Part shown: one piece after another, positions 9,596-19,654 of the stretch
How the letters are laid out: each line of letters begins with the position of its first letter
Numbering within the stretch: the stretch's first letter is position 1
Origin: an uncultured Trueperaceae bacterium
GTDB lineage: Bacteria > Deinococcota > Deinococci > Deinococcales > Trueperaceae
Length of the DNA: 64,000 bases
Assembly (NCBI GenBank): GCA_963799485.1
Contig: CAWCXJ010000009.1
Coordinates: 163,984-227,983, forward strand
Reading direction: 5' to 3'
Position numbers and translations under genes: made by a program
The notes under the pieces: model-generated
What the model was told of the DNA's origin: nothing
Database searches by the model: none
What the model saw: only the letters and a program-made list of their open reading frames with translations

Positions 9596-10279
9596 ATGCC
9601 GCTCGTGCTGGTTGTCGAGGATGAACTTACACTGGCGCAAACCCTCGAGCTGTACCTGCGCCGTGAGGACTTTCGGACGGAGCGGGCCGGGGACGGCGCA
9701 CGGGCTTTAGAACTCTTTCGCGTGGCGCGCCCCGACCTGGTGATTCTAGATCTCGGCTTGCCGGGGTTGGACGGGCTCGAGGTGCTTAAAACCGTGCGCG
9801 CCCAGTCCGCGACGCCGGTGATTATCCTGACGGCCCGTGACGAAGAGGTTGATGAACTGTTGGGCTTTGGCCTCGGCGCGGACGATTACCTCGTCAAACC
9901 CGTAGCTGCCCGCAAGCTGATGGCGCGCGTCAAGGCGGTGCTGCGCCGCGCTCAGGGTGCCGTAAACGGAGACGTACCCGCGCAGGTGCTGCGGGTGGGG
10001 GTGCTCGAGGTCGATACTTACGGGATGGTCGCCAAGGTCGAGGGCACTGCGCTCGAGCTGACGCCGACCGAATTCAAGCTGCTCCATCACCTCGCCCGGA
10101 CACCGGGGCGGGCCGTCTCCCGCACTGAACTTTACGAAACCGCGATGCCTGAAAGCGACGCCTTTGAGCGGGCGGTAGACATTCACATCACCAATTTGCG
10201 GCGCAAGCTGCGGCTCTCTGGCGCGGACGGACTTATCGAAACAGTACGCGGTCTCGGCTACCGGCTGGCGGAAACGTAA
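9596..10279 (+). CDS. OmpR/BaeR-family response regulator
   Basis: VVEDE, LDLGLPGLDG, GADDYLVKP, LTPTEF, ETVRGLGY; TACAGT 7 nt upstream suggests a leaderless start. Confidence 0.92.
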   Translation: MPLVLVVEDELTLAQTLELYLRREDFRTERAGDGARALELFRVARPDLVILDLGLPGLDGLEVLKTVRAQSATPVIILTARDEEVDELLGFGLGADDYLVKPVAARKLMARVKAVLRRAQGAVNGDVPAQVLRVGVLEVDTYGMVAKVEGTALELTPTEFKLLHHLARTPGRAVSRTELYETAMPESDAFERAVDIHITNLRRKLRLSGADGLIETVRGLGYRLAET

Positions 10280-10286
10280 ACCGGGC

Positions 10287-11492
10287 GTGAACCGCCTGGC
10301 AACTCGTCTGCTCTTGGCGCTCCTCGTGGTTGCGCTCCTGTCACTTTTGGCCGTACCCGTGGCGCAAAGTATCGCGGCGCGGCGCACCTTCGGAGGCTTA
10401 AATCCCGAGTTCCGGGGACGGGTCGAACGTTCCGCGACGGGGCCGCCACACCGTAACGGGGCACGGCCCCCATTAGCCGACGGGCGACCGGCGGACGAGG
10501 GCTTTTTGCGCGCAGAAAACACCCGGTTGTTCGAGCTTTTAAGTGACTACCGGGCAGCGCAGCGTCAGGCGGTCGCGGTCGGGGTGGGCGGCGCAGTTCT
10601 CGCGAGCGTTTTGCTGGCGCTGCTGCTCTCGCGAACCATCGCCCGGCCTATCGAAGCGGTCTCGAGCGCCGCCTCGCAACTTGCCGCCGGAGATCTGGCA
10701 GCGCGCGTAGACCTTGCACGGCTCTCGTACCCGGCTGATGAAACGCGTACGCTGGCGCTCGACTTTAACAAGATGGCCGAGGCGCTCTCGCGCTACGAAG
10801 GTGAACGTAAAGCGATGATTGCCGACATCGCGCACGAACTCCGCAACCCGTTGGCGACGTTACAACTCCGTGTCGACGCCCTCGCCGACGGGCTCGTGCA
10901 GTTTAACGACGACGAAGCCCTGCTGTTGCAGGGGCAGGTCGGGTTGCTGGCACGGCTTATCGGCGACCTGCGTACCCTTTCGCTGGCAGACGCCGACAAG
11001 CTTTCTTTGCACCGAAGTGAGTTTGACTTAAACGACCTCGCCGAAAAGGTCGTCCGTCAGGCACGCCCTAAAGCCGAGGGCGCGGGGTTGGGGTTCACCC
11101 CCACAAACGAACCGGCCTTGGTAGACGCCGACCCCGACCGCCTTACGCAAGTGCTGAACAACCTCCTCGACAACGCCTTTCGGGTGACGCCGCCGGGTGG
11201 GAGCGTCGCGGTGCAGCTTTTTAGCGCGCCGACCGAGGTCACACTCCGGGTACGCGACACCGGCCCCGGCATTCCTGAAGACGAACTCGAGACCGTCTTC
11301 GAGCGGTTCGTACAGGGTCGCCGCCGCGACACCAAGAGCAAAGGGGGCAGCGGGCTGGGGCTTGCGATTGTGCAGAGCCTCGTCAAGCTGCACGGGGGCC
11401 GTGTCCGGGCGGGGAACTGGTCTGACGAAGGCTCGAGCGGCGCACAGCTCGAGGTTAGTTTGCCCCTGATCGACAGCAAAACGAGCGCCTAA
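10287..11492 (+). CDS. BaeS-like sensor histidine kinase (2 TM, HAMP, HisKA, HATPase)
   Basis: IAHELRNPL H-box, NLLDNA N-box, DTGPGI, GSGLGL. Confidence 0.92.
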   Translation: MNRLATRLLLALLVVALLSLLAVPVAQSIAARRTFGGLNPEFRGRVERSATGPPHRNGARPPLADGRPADEGFLRAENTRLFELLSDYRAAQRQAVAVGVGGAVLASVLLALLLSRTIARPIEAVSSAASQLAAGDLAARVDLARLSYPADETRTLALDFNKMAEALSRYEGERKAMIADIAHELRNPLATLQLRVDALADGLVQFNDDEALLLQGQVGLLARLIGDLRTLSLADADKLSLHRSEFDLNDLAEKVVRQARPKAEGAGLGFTPTNEPALVDADPDRLTQVLNNLLDNAFRVTPPGGSVAVQLFSAPTEVTLRVRDTGPGIPEDELETVFERFVQGRRRDTKSKGGSGLGLAIVQSLVKLHGGRVRAGNWSDEGSSGAQLEVSLPLIDSKTSA

Positions 11493-11588
11493 GCGAAATC
11501 CAAATAAACTCCATACAGCACCTTTACTGCGCCCCGGCAAACTATCTTTAGGTCGCTGCACATGCGGCAGGGCCGGAAAGGGAAAAAT

Positions 11589-12437
11589 ATGAAAAGAGAA
11601 ATCATCGTTCTTACAGCCTCGAGCCTCCTCATTGGCAGTCTGGGTTTCGTCGGCGCGCAGGGTGCTCAAACCCAGAGTACCCAAAGCGGCGGGGCCGGGA
11701 CGCAAACGCAAAGCCCGGCCGCGAGCCAAACCCAAACGTCTCCGGCGCAGCGTCTTCGCGGTCTCGGGGGCAATTTCAAGCACGGTTTCGGTGATGGTGA
11801 TGATTTCGGCAGAGGTTTCGGGGGTTTGCCGTTCGGACGGAACCTCGCTCTGGGAACAACGCTCACGCTCGAGTTTTACGCCGGCGACCCGAGCACCGCG
11901 AGTGGCGGGGCGAGCACACCGACGCAGACCCTGAACTTCACCTACGGGCAAGACAGCGAGGCCGCTTTCGCGCAGAGCTTCGCCGAGGCGCGGGCAAACG
12001 CAGGCTACATGACTGTCAACGTGGGTGAGCAGACGCAAACGCTCGAGCTGCCGAGTTCAGATACATCGACCGACACCTCGAACACCGACACCGCGAACTC
12101 TGACCGAGGCGACCGGCACGGCGGCGTTTACGGCGCGCTGCCCCTACGCGGTTTGAACGAGGGCTCGAGCGTCACCGCGACGTTCTATGACGGCGACCCT
12201 TCAGGAAACGCCCAAACGCTGCAAACCCTGAACTTTACCTACGGGCAAGACAGCGAAGCGGGCTTTGCAAACGACTTCGCCAACGCTGCCCAGAACGCTG
12301 CGTATGTGACTATCACGACGAGCCCGCAAACGACCACGGTCAACTTGTCGAAAACCACGTCCGGACGTGGCGACAACATGCGCGGTGGTTTTGGCGACCG
12401 GGCCTATCACCGGGATGGGCCGGGAGGTCGCCGGTAA
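11589..12437 (+). CDS. Secreted hypothetical protein with a duplicated ~60-aa domain
   Basis: Signal peptide MKREIIVLTASSLLIGSLGFVGA; two copies of FY.GDPS...QTLNFTYGQDSEA.FA..FA.A..NA.Y.T. Confidence 0.75.
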   Translation: MKREIIVLTASSLLIGSLGFVGAQGAQTQSTQSGGAGTQTQSPAASQTQTSPAQRLRGLGGNFKHGFGDGDDFGRGFGGLPFGRNLALGTTLTLEFYAGDPSTASGGASTPTQTLNFTYGQDSEAAFAQSFAEARANAGYMTVNVGEQTQTLELPSSDTSTDTSNTDTANSDRGDRHGGVYGALPLRGLNEGSSVTATFYDGDPSGNAQTLQTLNFTYGQDSEAGFANDFANAAQNAAYVTITTSPQTTTVNLSKTTSGRGDNMRGGFGDRAYHRDGPGGRR

Positions 12438-12475
12438 AATTACCGTAAAATTACCCCGAAAGGCAGCAGCAGAGA

Positions 12476-12506
12476 ACCCTCGCAGCGGAGCTTGCGAGGG
12501 TCTTTT
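12476..12506 (+). terminator. Intrinsic terminator
   Basis: ACCCTCGCA...TGCGAGGGT hairpin followed by CTTTT. Confidence 0.6.
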
Positions 12507-12517
12507 GCAGAAGGCGT

Positions 12518-12853
12518 CCACGGTTCGCAGTACACCTCGCTGGCCTTCGGGCAACGGCTCGCGCAAGCTCACAGCTAGGGATCGATGGGGACGGTTGGAG
12601 ACGCGCTAGACAACGCTGTAGCTGAAAGCTTTTTTGCTACACTCCAGGTCGAACTACTTGACCGCCGGCATTGGCAGACCCGACCACAACTTACGATTGC
12701 CATCTTCGGTTACACCGAAATCTGCTTCACTCGCCAGCGGCTCCATAGGGCGCGCGGCTACCTGAGCCCAACCGAGTACGAGGAGGTGTATGCTCGCCAG
12801 CAGGCGGCCTGACCGCCAAGTCCTAACCCCTCCAAAAAATTGGGGCAACTCCA
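12518..12853 (+). mobile_element. 3' remnant of IS3-family element (integrase core end plus right IR)
   Basis: HGSQYTS.AF, GDALDNAVAESFFATL, GYLSPTEYE; ends ...GGGGCAACTCCA. Confidence 0.8.
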
Positions 12854-12934
12854 GACCTACAGCTGCAACAATCCGCTCTCGCAAAATCCAATGAACAACC
12901 CTTCATCTGTTCAGCTTACTTCGGCCCAGCTATA
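12854..12934 (-). mobile_element. Left-end remnant of an IS630-family element, cut by the IS3 remnant
   Basis: TATAGCTGG... terminus, then MKGCSLD(frameshift)LRERIVAAV, like IS630 N-termini (YSLDLRERVVAAV); abuts the IS3 IR. Confidence 0.6.
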
Positions 12935-13211
12935 GAGGCCCCCTCATTGCTATATTGCTACTGCAGCTGCAATCAACGTCCAAAGGGTGACAGACTGGCT
13001 CTGGCTCGCGGGTATCCCTGTTGCCCAAACGGGTATTTCCAGCTTTGCCCACCTTCAGGTCTAGGACTTCGCCAATAGCGTCCGCTCAGGGCATTACCCC
13101 GAGGCGGTCGCAGCGGTGACGCTACGGGTTGCAAATGGTGAGAGCTGGCAAGGGTAGGTAGCACTGCCGCTATCTTCAACCAACCTTCTATGGAGCTGAA
13201 CCTTTTATGCT

Positions 13212-14084
13212 CTAACCTTTAACCGCGCCCATAGTCAAGCCGGTGACGATGTAACGCTGAATAAGCAGGGTTAGCAAAATAACCGGCAAGGTGATGAGCA
13301 CAGCTGCGGCCCCCAAGCCGCCGAAGTCGATCTGACCATACGAGATGAAGTTAAACACAGCAACCGGAACCGGACGCGTATTGGGTCCAGAGAGAACCAG
13401 ACTGAATAAGAATTGGTTCCAGCTAAAGATAAACGCCAAGATACCCGAGGCGACGATGCCCGGGGTCGAAAGTGGCAGAATAATGCGCCAGAACGCGCCG
13501 ACACGACTCGAGCCGTCGATGAAAGCTGCCTCTTCAAGCTCGATAGGCACATCTTCAAAAAAAGAGATCATGATCCAGGTGATAAGCGGCATCCCGACAA
13601 TCAGGTGGGTAAGCGTCAAGGCGATATAGGTGTCGATCAGACCTAGCGCCCGGAACGCTAAATACCACGGCACCAGGTAGGTGATATACGGCGTAAGCCG
13701 CGCGATCAAGATCGCAAAGGCCAGGCCGTTTTGCTTAAACCGGGCAATCGAGTAGGCCGCAGGTAGGCCAATAACTAGACCCAGCAGGGTCGAAAGCGCG
13801 GCGATGACAAACGAGTTCCAGGTAAACGTAAGAAAATCGTTTTCTTGGAGGACGTTACGGTAGTTGTTGAGTGTAGGCCGAAAAAACCATACCGGCGTGG
13901 CGCTGGTATTGTCGAGCTGGTTGCGGAAACTCGTCAAGATCATCCAGTAAAACGGAAACAGCATGACGATAAGAACTGCGGCCATCAGCAAAAACACACC
14001 GATGCGGCCAAGTACTTTGTTTCGACTCGCGCGTGCTTGCAACTGAGCGGCACTCGGACGGGGTTGGTTTGCCACTTTACTCAT
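13212..14084 (-). CDS. Carbohydrate ABC transporter permease (MalG-like)
   Basis: EAA loop ELEEAAFIDG, FSWNQFLF, GLTMGAVKG end. Confidence 0.93.
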   Translation of the reverse strand: MSKVANQPRPSAAQLQARASRNKVLGRIGVFLLMAAVLIVMLFPFYWMILTSFRNQLDNTSATPVWFFRPTLNNYRNVLQENDFLTFTWNSFVIAALSTLLGLVIGLPAAYSIARFKQNGLAFAILIARLTPYITYLVPWYLAFRALGLIDTYIALTLTHLIVGMPLITWIMISFFEDVPIELEEAAFIDGSSRVGAFWRIILPLSTPGIVASGILAFIFSWNQFLFSLVLSGPNTRPVPVAVFNFISYGQIDFGGLGAAAVLITLPVILLTLLIQRYIVTGLTMGAVKG

Positions 14085-14950
14085 CTAGCCCTCCTCAGTA
14101 AGTTGAAAATAATCGAGACACCGAGCACCACAAACATTAAAAGAATAAGTAGTGTCGCCGCGTAGCCCGCCCGAAAAAACTCAAAGCCCGTTTTGAACGC
14201 GTAGACGTTCAGGGTCTCCGAGGCAATGCCCGGACCACCCTGGGTAATAACGTAGATGATATCGAACGTTTTGAGCGCGTCGATGCTCCGTAAAATCAGG
14301 GCTACGATTACCGCCGAGCGAATACTTGGAAGGGTGATGTGCCAAAAGTTCTGGACGCTGTTTGCCCCGTCGATACGCGCCGCCTCGTAGTATTCTTGTG
14401 AAACGCCCTGCAGGGCGGCGAGCAGAATAAGTGCTACGAAGGGTGTCCATTCCCAGACGTCGACGAGTACCAAAGATGGGATGACCAAACGGTTATCGGC
14501 TACCCAAAGCGAGCGCGGCAGTCCTAAGGCTTCTAAAAAGGCGTTAAGAACTCCGAGGTTGGGGTTAAACATCAGCGCCCAGATAAGTGCAATCGCAACC
14601 GGAGTTGCAACCATCGGCAGCAGAGTGATCGTTCTGACCAGACCTTTTCCGGGGAACTCCCGGTTGAAAAGTAGCGCGATAGCCAAACCCAGAACGAGCT
14701 GTAAGGGAACAGCGAGGAGCGTAAAGTAAAAGGTCAGTCTGAGACCGTTCCAGGTGCGCGCGTCGGAAAAAGCTTCACGAAAGTTTCCCAAGCCCACGAA
14801 GCTTGGCGACGTACCGATAAAGTAGTTGTACGCCGAGAGTACGATGTTAGCCGCAATAGGTGCGACGATCAGCAGCAGCATGGCTAAAAGTGCCGGTAGC
14901 GGAAAGATCCACTTCGCGTGCCGGTCGATAAAGTCAGCAGCACTTCTCAT
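14081..14950 (-). CDS. Carbohydrate ABC transporter permease (MalF-like)
   Basis: VDVWEWTPF, YEAARIDGA, TQGGPG. Confidence 0.93.
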   Translation of the reverse strand: MRSAADFIDRHAKWIFPLPALLAMLLLIVAPIAANIVLSAYNYFIGTSPSFVGLGNFREAFSDARTWNGLRLTFYFTLLAVPLQLVLGLAIALLFNREFPGKGLVRTITLLPMVATPVAIALIWALMFNPNLGVLNAFLEALGLPRSLWVADNRLVIPSLVLVDVWEWTPFVALILLAALQGVSQEYYEAARIDGANSVQNFWHITLPSIRSAVIVALILRSIDALKTFDIIYVITQGGPGIASETLNVYAFKTGFEFFRAGYAATLLILLMFVVLGVSIIFNLLRRAR

Positions 14951-15058
14951 AGTGTTTTCCCGGCCCAAAGGCTGGGAGGTCTCCTCTCAAAAAATAAGGC
15001 CGAACCCAAGGTGCAGAGTTCAGCCTGACTGATTAACGTAGTTGCGTAGCCTGCAGCG

Positions 15059-16336
15059 TTAGCGTGAAATAATCCCGTTAATGACCCCGTTGGCCTGCTC
15101 GAGCGCTGGTGCAACGTCTTGTCCTTGCAGCGCAGCGACGATGGCCTGTCCATACGCGTCGCGTACCTCGGAAACCTGAACGACAGGGGGATTCCAGTCG
15201 GGCTGCCCAATCTCGAATGAGAGCTGCGAAGCGTCGATCCAGCTCTGCGGCGCAGTCGCCTTAAATTCTTCGTTTTCCCAAGCCGACGGGCGCGCTGCCG
15301 GAACGCCACCAAGGAGCGCTCTAAGCTGGTTTTCTTTAGACAGTGCCCACTGCAAAAAGTACCAGGCGGCCTCTGGGTTTTGCGAGGCGTGATTGATCGA
15401 AAGTCCCCAAACTAAAACGGCGGGTACCCTTCCCGCCGGGCCTTCGGGTAACGGCGCGTAGAGGGTGTTCGTGCGCACCTCTTCAAGTGCCTGCTCGGGG
15501 TCTTCCATAATTGACCGGAAGACGTTGGCGTCAAACATCATCGCCGCCTGACCCTGGGCGTAGAGGCTGGTGACTTCGGGCCACGACATGTTGGTGACGC
15601 CCGCCGGACCGTAGTTGCGTAACAGATCGGCGTAGTAGGCGAGAGCCTCTTGGCTTGCTTCGCTGTCTAAAGCCGAGGTGCCGTCGTCGTTAAGCCACTT
15701 TCCCCCATAAGAGTAAAGAAAGTTGACGATCTGACTTGTGGCGTTAGCGCCGCTTCCGCGCATGGCAAACCCGGCTACGCCGCCCTCATTAAGCGTTTCG
15801 GCGTACTCGCGCAGCTGCTCGAGCGTCTCGGGTGGCCCTTCGAGACCCGCTGCCTGGAGCAGATCGTTGCGGTAAAAGAGCAAGCTCGATTCGATCTGCA
15901 AGGGCAGGCCGTACATCTGTTCGCCATCTAAAAACGTACTGGTGGCCCCTTCGAAAAAGTCGTCCATATCGAGGTCGGGGTTCGTCAAGCTGGGGTCGTT
16001 TAGAAAATCGTCGATGTAGCGCACCCAGCCTGCACCAAGATACTGCGCCCCGGTTTGACCCGGCTGAATCATGTAACCGTCTAGGGTGTCTGCGCCGCTG
16101 CTCGCCTCGAGCAGCGTGCGTTGCCGGAACTGATCTTCGGGAAAGCTCTCTAAGGTGACCTCGATTCCGGTCAGCTCTTCGAATTCGGGAATGAGGGGTT
16201 GAATAAAGTCGGTAAACGGATGCTGATTCATCAAAAAGCGGATCTGCGTACCCTCGAACTGACGCCAGTTGAATTCTTGCGCAAAGCCAACGCTAAGTAG
16301 TGAAGCTACGGCTAAACCAACCACGAGCTTTTTCAT
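15059..16336 (-). CDS. Carbohydrate ABC transporter substrate-binding protein
   Basis: Signal peptide; IPEFEELTGIEV, YGLP, FYRNDLL, EAAWYFLQW. Confidence 0.92.
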   Translation of the reverse strand: MKKLVVGLAVASLLSVGFAQEFNWRQFEGTQIRFLMNQHPFTDFIQPLIPEFEELTGIEVTLESFPEDQFRQRTLLEASSGADTLDGYMIQPGQTGAQYLGAGWVRYIDDFLNDPSLTNPDLDMDDFFEGATSTFLDGEQMYGLPLQIESSLLFYRNDLLQAAGLEGPPETLEQLREYAETLNEGGVAGFAMRGSGANATSQIVNFLYSYGGKWLNDDGTSALDSEASQEALAYYADLLRNYGPAGVTNMSWPEVTSLYAQGQAAMMFDANVFRSIMEDPEQALEEVRTNTLYAPLPEGPAGRVPAVLVWGLSINHASQNPEAAWYFLQWALSKENQLRALLGGVPAARPSAWENEEFKATAPQSWIDASQLSFEIGQPDWNPPVVQVSEVRDAYGQAIVAALQGQDVAPALEQANGVINGIISR

Positions 16337-16546
16337 AGTCTACCCTTCTGGCAGGACGTCTCAGCCCCACCCAAACGCCAAACTGTTCTGCTCTTTCAAG
16401 CTAAAATATACGTTAGACTCGTTTTGTTTTGCAAGGGGTAAAGATTATCTTTTTGACTTGACGTGAGGAGCCCCAAGAGCGCGCCTCATTCGAGTGTGCG
16501 GCGCGCTACGCTAGCGTTTACAATACCCGGCGTCTGTAGGTCGCGT

Positions 16547-17209
16547 TTACTCCTCGCTGCCCATAAACATGCTCAGGTAGTAGAGCAGATAAGCGACCGA
16601 CGCGGCGGCAGCCGCAACATAGGTCAGGGCGGCGGCGTTGAGCACGCTCCTCGAGCCCCCCTTGTCATTCGCCGTAACGAGACCTAAGCGCTCGAGCTGC
16701 AGCAGCGCCCTACGGCTCGCGTCGAACTCGACGGGAAGGGTTACAAGCTGAAAAAGGACAGCCGCACCGAAAAGCAAGATGCCGAGTTGAACCATGCCGG
16801 TTGCGCCCATGACGGCCCCCAAAATAACCAGCCACGGCCCGAAATTCGCGCCGATACCTGCCACCGGAACCAGGGTTGAGCGCCACACCAGCGGTTTGTA
16901 AGCTTGTGCATGCTGGAGCGCGTGCCCGACCTCGTGCGCGGCGACGGCGACGCCCGCCACACCCGTGCCTTGATAGTTGGCTTCGGAGAGGCGCACCACC
17001 CGCGCCCGTGGGTCGTAGTGGTCGGAGAGGTTACCCGGTACGGCCTCGACCTGCACTTCGCTTAGGTTGTTCGCGTCCAGGATGGCGCGAGCGGTTTCTG
17101 CTCCGGTCAGTCCGGCGGTTGAGGGGACATTCTGCCACCGGGCGTAGGTGCGGCGAAGGTAAAGCTGAACGAGCAGAGTTGCGGCTAAGGTGACGATAAA
17201 AAGTAACAC
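16547..17209 (-). CDS. Membrane zinc metallopeptidase (YugP / Zn_peptidase_2 family)
   Basis: LSDHYDP, AAHEVGHALQ (HExxH), TLPVEFDASRRA, AAALTYVAA; AAGGAG RBS. Confidence 0.9.
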   Translation of the reverse strand: MLLFIVTLAATLLVQLYLRRTYARWQNVPSTAGLTGAETARAILDANNLSEVQVEAVPGNLSDHYDPRARVVRLSEANYQGTGVAGVAVAAHEVGHALQHAQAYKPLVWRSTLVPVAGIGANFGPWLVILGAVMGATGMVQLGILLFGAAVLFQLVTLPVEFDASRRALLQLERLGLVTANDKGGSRSVLNAAALTYVAAAAASVAYLLYYLSMFMGSEE

Positions 17210-17218
17210 GGTTCTCCT

Positions 17219-17443
17219 TTATTCGAAAAAATCTTGCAAGCTCGGGCGTTTGCGTTTATACGTTCCTTTTCGTTCGTAGTTCACGCCCGCGTCGTCGGGG
17301 ATGTGAAGCTGCCCCAGCAGCTTGTCGAGTTCCCCGCGGTCGAGCCACACCCCACGGCACTTGGGGCACACGTCGATGAGCACCTCGTCGCGCACGACCT
17401 CGTGCATCGCGCTGCCGTCTTTCGGGCATTTGAGTAAAGACAT
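17219..17443 (-). CDS. zf-TFIIB-type zinc-ribbon protein
   Basis: CPKD...IDVCPKCRGVWLDRGELDKL, basic tail ending LQDFFE; GGAGAGG RBS. Confidence 0.85.
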   Translation of the reverse strand: MSLLKCPKDGSAMHEVVRDEVLIDVCPKCRGVWLDRGELDKLLGQLHIPDDAGVNYERKGTYKRKRPSLQDFFE

Positions 17444-17456
17444 CACCTCTCCTTTT

Positions 17457-18419
17457 CTAGTCGCTTCCGTGGCGCTCACTCCGACCCGTCGGTGGCAGCA
17501 GCGCCTCTTGCCGCGACCGAAACAGCGACAGCCCGATGCTGAGCGCTAAAATCCCCATCACCACGCCGAGCGAAACGGCGGTCGGAATCTTGAATACGTC
17601 CAAAAGCAGCATCTTGACCCCGATAAAGACCAAGATGAAAGAAAGCCCCGTTTTAAGATAGACAAAGCGGTGAACGACGCCCGCGAGCAGAAAGTACATG
17701 CTCCGGAGGCCCAAAATCGCCAGCACATTCGAGGTAAAGACGATAAACGGGTCGGTAGTGATGGCAAAAATCGCCGGAATCGAATCGACGGCGAACACCA
17801 GGTCGGTGAACTCGATAAAGACGAGGACTAAGAAGAGCGGCGTCGCCATCCGCACGCCGTTTTGGACGGTAAAAAACTTCTGTCCGTCGTAATCGTCGCT
17901 GACCCGGAACACGCGCCGCGCCAGACGAACTGCGGGGTTTTTATTGAGGTCGGTTTCGGCGTCGTGACGTTGAAAGAGCATCCGCACGCCGGTCAGAAGG
18001 AGAAGCCCACCGAACACGTATAAAATCCACCCAAACTGTTCAATCAGCGCCACGCCTAAGAAGATCATCACGCCGCGCATGACGAGTGCGCCAATCACAC
18101 CCCAGAACAAAACCCGGTGCTGATAGACGGGCGGGGTAGCGAAAAACGAAAAGACCAGCACGAAGACGAAGATGTTGTCTACAGCCAAGGATTTTTCGAT
18201 GAGGTAGCCGGTTAAAAACTCGAGCCCCTTGTCCGGCCCCTGCCAACTGTAGACGAGCGCCGCAAACGCGAGCGAGAGCGCGACCCAGACGCTACTCCAG
18301 ATTGCCGCTTCTCTAACGCTGACGGTATGAGCTTTGCGGTGAAAAACGCCCAAGTCGAGGGCAAGCATCCCGAGTACAAAGCCGATAAACGCAAACCAAA
18401 CCCAAAGGGGTAAGTCCAT
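17457..18419 (-). CDS. terC: TerC/Alx family membrane protein (Mn homeostasis)
   Basis: GYLIEKSLAVDNIFVF, DLVFAVDSIPAI, AILGLRSMYF; downstream of a yybP-ykoY riboswitch. Confidence 0.92.
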   Translation of the reverse strand: MDLPLWVWFAFIGFVLGMLALDLGVFHRKAHTVSVREAAIWSSVWVALSLAFAALVYSWQGPDKGLEFLTGYLIEKSLAVDNIFVFVLVFSFFATPPVYQHRVLFWGVIGALVMRGVMIFLGVALIEQFGWILYVFGGLLLLTGVRMLFQRHDAETDLNKNPAVRLARRVFRVSDDYDGQKFFTVQNGVRMATPLFLVLVFIEFTDLVFAVDSIPAIFAITTDPFIVFTSNVLAILGLRSMYFLLAGVVHRFVYLKTGLSFILVFIGVKMLLLDVFKIPTAVSLGVVMGILALSIGLSLFRSRQEALLPPTGRSERHGSD

Positions 18420-18431
18420 CTGGACTCCTCT

Positions 18432-18535
18432 TCAGGTCTTGCCTTATCTGCGAGCGACCGGGAAACCTCTATGGTTTGGTTTCCGTAATGACGGCGGCTC
18501 GCTCCCATTTTGGGTGGGCGGCTACTCCCCTGTAC
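18432..18535 (-). ncRNA. yybP-ykoY (Mn2+) riboswitch
   Basis: Minus strand CAGGGGAGTAGC...CGTCATTACGG...GGCAAGACCTG directly ahead of the terC RBS. Confidence 0.88.
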
Positions 18536-18690
18536 CCAGATAGGATAGCCGAAACGGAGTAAAAATTCATGAGAGGGGCTCGCGGCCTTTAGTCCCGGAA
18601 AATGGCAAAGCGCTATCACTCTTTGAAACCTCACAGCTCTCTTGTGCTGAGGCCGCTAAACCTATGCTTCTGAACAGGGTAGAAAGGAAC

Positions 18691-19551
18691 ATGTCCCTCT
18701 TCGCTTTCAGTTTGATTCTTCTATCTGCATTTTGTCACGCCACCTGGAACCTGCTGGCTAAAGGTGTACCGAGCGGCGCACCGTTCGTCTGGCTTTTCGA
18801 CATCGTTTCACTCGTTGTCTACGCCCCTTTTGCACTGTGGCTTGTAGCGACCCGACCGACCCAAAGCTGGCTGCAACTTCTGGTCATTGTGGGCAGCTCG
18901 CTCCTTCATATCGGCTATTTTTTGAGCTTGCAGCGTGGCTACCGCGTCGGTGACCTGTCGCTCGTTTATCCACTGGCAAGGGGGACGGGGCCGCTGTTTT
19001 CAGTTGTCGCCGCTGTTATTTTGCTGGGCGAACGGCCTACGGGCTGGGCACTCACCGGAGGTTCGCTTATCGTCTTTAGCGTTTTTATCTTTGCAGGAGG
19101 AACGTCCCTGTTGAAGAGGAATGCAAATACTGTTCAGGTGCTGCGGTTCGGCTTGCTTACAGGCGTCTTTATCGCTTCGTACACGCTGCTCGACAAGTTT
19201 GGCGTGGCTACGCTCGCCACTGCTCCGCTGCTCTATAACTGGCTAGGCAATGCCGGACGCGCCGCGCTGCTTACGCCTTTAGCTCTTAGGCGTTGGTCAG
19301 AAACAAAAATGCTATGGCAAATGCATAGGCGGGCGGTGCTGGGTGTCGCTGTTTTGAGTCCGCTCGCCTACATCTTGGTGCTGTCGGCGCTGGTGTTTAC
19401 GCCCGTCAGCTACGTTGCACCGGCGCGCGAGATGAGCATCTTGCTGGCGGCTGTTTTAGGCGCGAGCGTACTTAAAGAGGGAGAGGTCAAACGGCGGCTG
19501 GTGGCGGCGTCGCTTATGGCGGTCGGGGTGGTGCTGCTGGCGTTGGGGTAA
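18691..19551 (+). CDS. EamA/DMT family transporter
   Basis: HATWNLLAK, GDLSLVYPLARGTGP, SYVAPAREMS; ~10 TM. Confidence 0.9.
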   Translation: MSLFAFSLILLSAFCHATWNLLAKGVPSGAPFVWLFDIVSLVVYAPFALWLVATRPTQSWLQLLVIVGSSLLHIGYFLSLQRGYRVGDLSLVYPLARGTGPLFSVVAAVILLGERPTGWALTGGSLIVFSVFIFAGGTSLLKRNANTVQVLRFGLLTGVFIASYTLLDKFGVATLATAPLLYNWLGNAGRAALLTPLALRRWSETKMLWQMHRRAVLGVAVLSPLAYILVLSALVFTPVSYVAPAREMSILLAAVLGASVLKEGEVKRRLVAASLMAVGVVLLALG

Positions 19552-19654
19552 GGCGACTGCCAAGCAAGTTTGTCTGAATACATCTTGGAAACTTGACGCC
19601 ACCCGCGATACACGCCACAATAGAGCTTCAGCGGTCTGTTTACGAACGCCGCGA

